This document shows, in pieces, positions 61,017 through 64,000 of a stretch of DNA of 64,000 bases (position 1 is its first letter; each line of letters opens with the position of its first letter). The notes beneath the pieces are model-generated. The model was not told the DNA's origin and made no database searches. It saw only the letters and a program-made list of their open reading frames with translations. The stretch covers positions 7,006,001 to 7,070,000 of the forward strand of contig OU015569.1 of NCBI GenBank assembly GCA_907165135.1, written 5' to 3'. Origin of the DNA: Oikopleura dioica. Its lineage: Eukaryota > Animalia > Chordata. A program made the translations under genes and the position numbers.

Positions 61017-63125
61017 TCACAGCGGGCTACAGGGAAGTAAAGATTCTCTTATGTTCTTTGGATAGCAACTATCAATCGTGCGCCCAGTGTACCGCCAGAG
61101 ACGATTGCCAGATCCTATAAGAAAGATACCACCAGCGCTGTCCGTGAAAGCACCCGTAATTTTAGCAGGCGCAGCAGGAAACTTGAATTTGTTCTTTCAT
61201 CAAGTAAGAATAAGTTTCTATTCACCTTATCACGAAGACTGCTGTGGAAAATAAATAACAGACGTTCGCCAATAATGATCGATCTGTAGATCGCCCCGTC
61301 AGATATCGCGAACAGCGTCCCAGACTCTGCCCACATTGCGCGCGGTACTGTTCGGAGAGACAACTTTTTCGTTTTAATTGGATATCCCTTCTCTAGGCGC
61401 GTTCCACTAGAATACTCATCAGGATAAAAATCCATATAGAATCATACCTGTATGAAAAGAAATCGCCGTCTCTTGTGATGAAGAAAAACTTCTTATTGAC
61501 TTGATCATAAGTGGCGGCAACAACTTGACCATGAAGATTCGAAAATGTTTCGATAAGCGGGCGCCTTGGGGTCAACGCCCCTCCGGGCAATCTGGATAAG
61601 CTATATCTGCCTTGAATAAACTAAAAAGAACGATAAGCTTAACAAAAGAGAATGGTCAACCATTATGCGAGTGGGCGAGATCGTCAAAGCAGCAGAAAAT
61701 GCCCCGTTGAGCGGGGAATTTTCTTCCTCTTTCTTGCGACTGCGTCCAGACTTCGGTGTGCCATATAAATCTTGAATCGCTTGAATATCGTCCCAATTGA
61801 GTTTTATAAAGTTACGAAAACGAGGCGCTTAAAATTTTAACATCCCCATGGAGTTTGCTTCAGTCAATATACCTTTTGATAGCTTTGGATCATTGTACCA
61901 CGCATTCATGATGCTACCATCAATGCTTGAGTGACCCAGCCCTAGCATATGTCCTATTTCGTGTGTTGCCACAGCGACAAGATTGTTAAAACCTTTCCTT
62001 TCTCGTGTGCTCCATTTTTCAGCCATGTCGAAATGAGCCTGGCCAGCCGTAGGGAAGAACGCTATTTATGGTTAATTTTTCAAATCTCGTAAAATTTCGT
62101 ACCATGTGCAAGCTCGCCTCCTGGACCGTCGAATGCTCTGGATCGACCACACTCATGATTGCGCTCGCGGAAACCAATATTCAAGTCAACATTAGATCTT
62201 CTCTGGCGTTTCTTCTTGCGCTTGCGCTCTTCAAAAGTGAGACCAGATGCAGTCGCCCAAATTCCTAAAATAAATATCAAATGGCTATGTACGAACCGGT
62301 GAAATTGAGACGCGAAGCACGTGGTTTTAAAAGAGTACTTGAGCAGAATCCACAAACATATCAAAATCATTCTTTCAACACTCGCCAAAAGTGAGCCATT
62401 CCAAGAGTAAACTTGAGAGCGGTGGTGCTTTCATCTAATTAACTCCTCTTGAGCAATCTAGTTGCAGCTTTAGCACAATCATTTATCGAAAACCAAACAC
62501 CCCACAACGGTTAGCCTGCTATAATAATGCCCCCTATGAACATAGCATAATTTATAGTCACCATTGACCTAAAATATCCATGGGGGCTATTTGGGACCTA
62601 TCAAATCAACGAGTGGCCCTTGAAAGCGACCTCCCTTAGCAAATATTGACCGCTCTGAGCGCAGTGGGTGTCCAATTTACCAAAATTATGGATCAATAAA
62701 TCTGACGCAAGGGGTTTACGAGAGTTGCTTGACCTTCTCTGTCCGAAAATTAGTGTCATAGCAAAAAAGCCGTTTGGTTTATAATCAAATTGGTATAGCT
62801 TACCTAGGGCTTTCCGAAAGGCGCGTTTTACTTGTAGATCTGAGAGTGAGTAAGGTTTATTCTGAATTGGTTTCTAAGAAATCATCTGAACTGCAGTCCA
62901 TACCTGCACATGAAAAGTTAGCTTGTGCGTGTCCCATTTATTTTGAATGTAGCGACGGACCCTTCTTTGCGCCGAAGGTGGACTATCTTCGGTCGATTCT
63001 TCGAAATCTCCGTCATCATTGCCACAGCGACCGCTTTTTAGTAGCGTTATTGTATCGACGTCTAGTTTACCCGTTTCCTTGATTCCGCCCGAATGTTGAA
63101 CTTTCTTCAGCGCTTTGGAGAGCTC
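61017..63125 (-). CDS. MMP: Matrix metalloproteinase with prodomain, furin site, catalytic and hemopexin domains (5' exon not resolved)
   Basis: ETGKLDVDT...GRCGNDD cysteine switch; RVRR|YI furin site; FDGPGGELAHAFFP; HEIGHMLGLGHS; SIM Met-turn; hemopexin GYPIK and CYPKNIRESLLPC. Confidence 0.9.
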
Positions 63126-64000
63126 TCTAAAACAGCTTTAGCCTTTACTAAACAAAGGAGATGATTTTGTATAATGAGTGTTTCCAGCTCATCACGGAGG
63201 AGTCCTTTGATCGCAATATCGCTGATCAAAGTTGTCTAACTCTTGATTCTTGTTGTTTAAGTTGGCTTCTCCCGTAATGACTTCCCTAAGACGTCAATTT
63301 TTTCCTTCCGATAGTGATGGATTTTTCTGTGCGCAAACAGCCCCTCGCGATAGTGCTCAATTATATTCTCTTCCGGGTGCTAATAAATACCAAAAACTTG
63401 GACTTCGAAATGAGCTCAATAAAAAGAGTGCCCGCACTTGGGAACTCACAAGTAAAAACATTTTGCATAAATTCCTTCCGTCCACTCGCTCAGGTGGTAA
63501 CGATAATAACCGACTCGACAATTTTGTGGTTAGCAAGGACCGTCTTTCTGTGCGCTAAACGGCCTGCTATCAAAACAAAGAGGTTATCGCTGCTCCTGTT
63601 AGGTCTTGTGACGATCGTGTTTTCTCGGAAATCAAACAACATAAAATATCCGACCACAAACAGTTTACTCTTGTTTCTAAATCACTAATCTAAATTGATT
63701 TGCTTCGAATAAATAATCTCATTCCTAGAGTTATAAACTAGTCGCAGGAATTCAGGAATTTTAAGCCTGGCAAATTATTCAAACAAGATCAAAGAAGCTC
63801 AAGTGAACGCGCAGGTTAAAATTTCAATTAGCCTTTGTTGGTCAAGTCAAGTTCAAGATGAAGAGGGAAAAGAACGGATTCAGGGAAAACTTTCCAAAAA
63901 AGAGTGTATTTTTTCACTTCCAGAAGATGCGTCAATCTTCTGAAGAATCGGGTTTGCCTGGGATAACATCGATCAGCTTTTTATCGATTCTGACGACTCT

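Noticed and set aside
62529-62590. Short imperfect inverted repeat in an MMP intron
   Set aside because: Poor pairing and no TSD.

Overview
Eukaryotic, gene-dense DNA with many ~40-60 nt introns and several GA-AG/GC-AG/GG-AG introns, plus chordate-type genes. This combination points to an appendicularian tunicate (Oikopleura-like); the assignment is inference. Genes in order: a complete T-type (Cav3, EEDD filter) calcium channel; a RING/TRAF-zinc-finger protein; a small unknown gene; a ~2,100-2,200-aa secreted mosaic protein (2 C-type lectin + peritrophin-A-like + 27 cbEGF + ITIH-type GDPH C-terminal domain); an apparent O-fucosyltransferase/carbohydrate-sulfotransferase fusion; a peptide-type class A GPCR; an apparent tetraspanin fused to nine NHERF/PDZK1-type PDZ domains; urocanase; protein kinase D with a divergent GSK3-like gene nested antisense in a 5-kb intron; a GPI-anchored two-domain Ly6/LU protein; a small membrane protein; an SLC16 transporter; and an MMP. 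Five non-autonomous TIR elements sit in introns (Mutator/Foldback-like with a nested hAT-like element, two TTAA/GGG Kolobok-like, one TTAA piggyBac-like). The most novel-looking items are the tetraspanin-9xPDZ fusion, the FucT-sulfotransferase fusion next to a GDPH-type EGF/lectin matrix protein, and the kinase-in-kinase nesting. Several one-base deletions in homopolymer runs suggest assembly errors. All exon structures were derived by hand and need RNA-seq confirmation.
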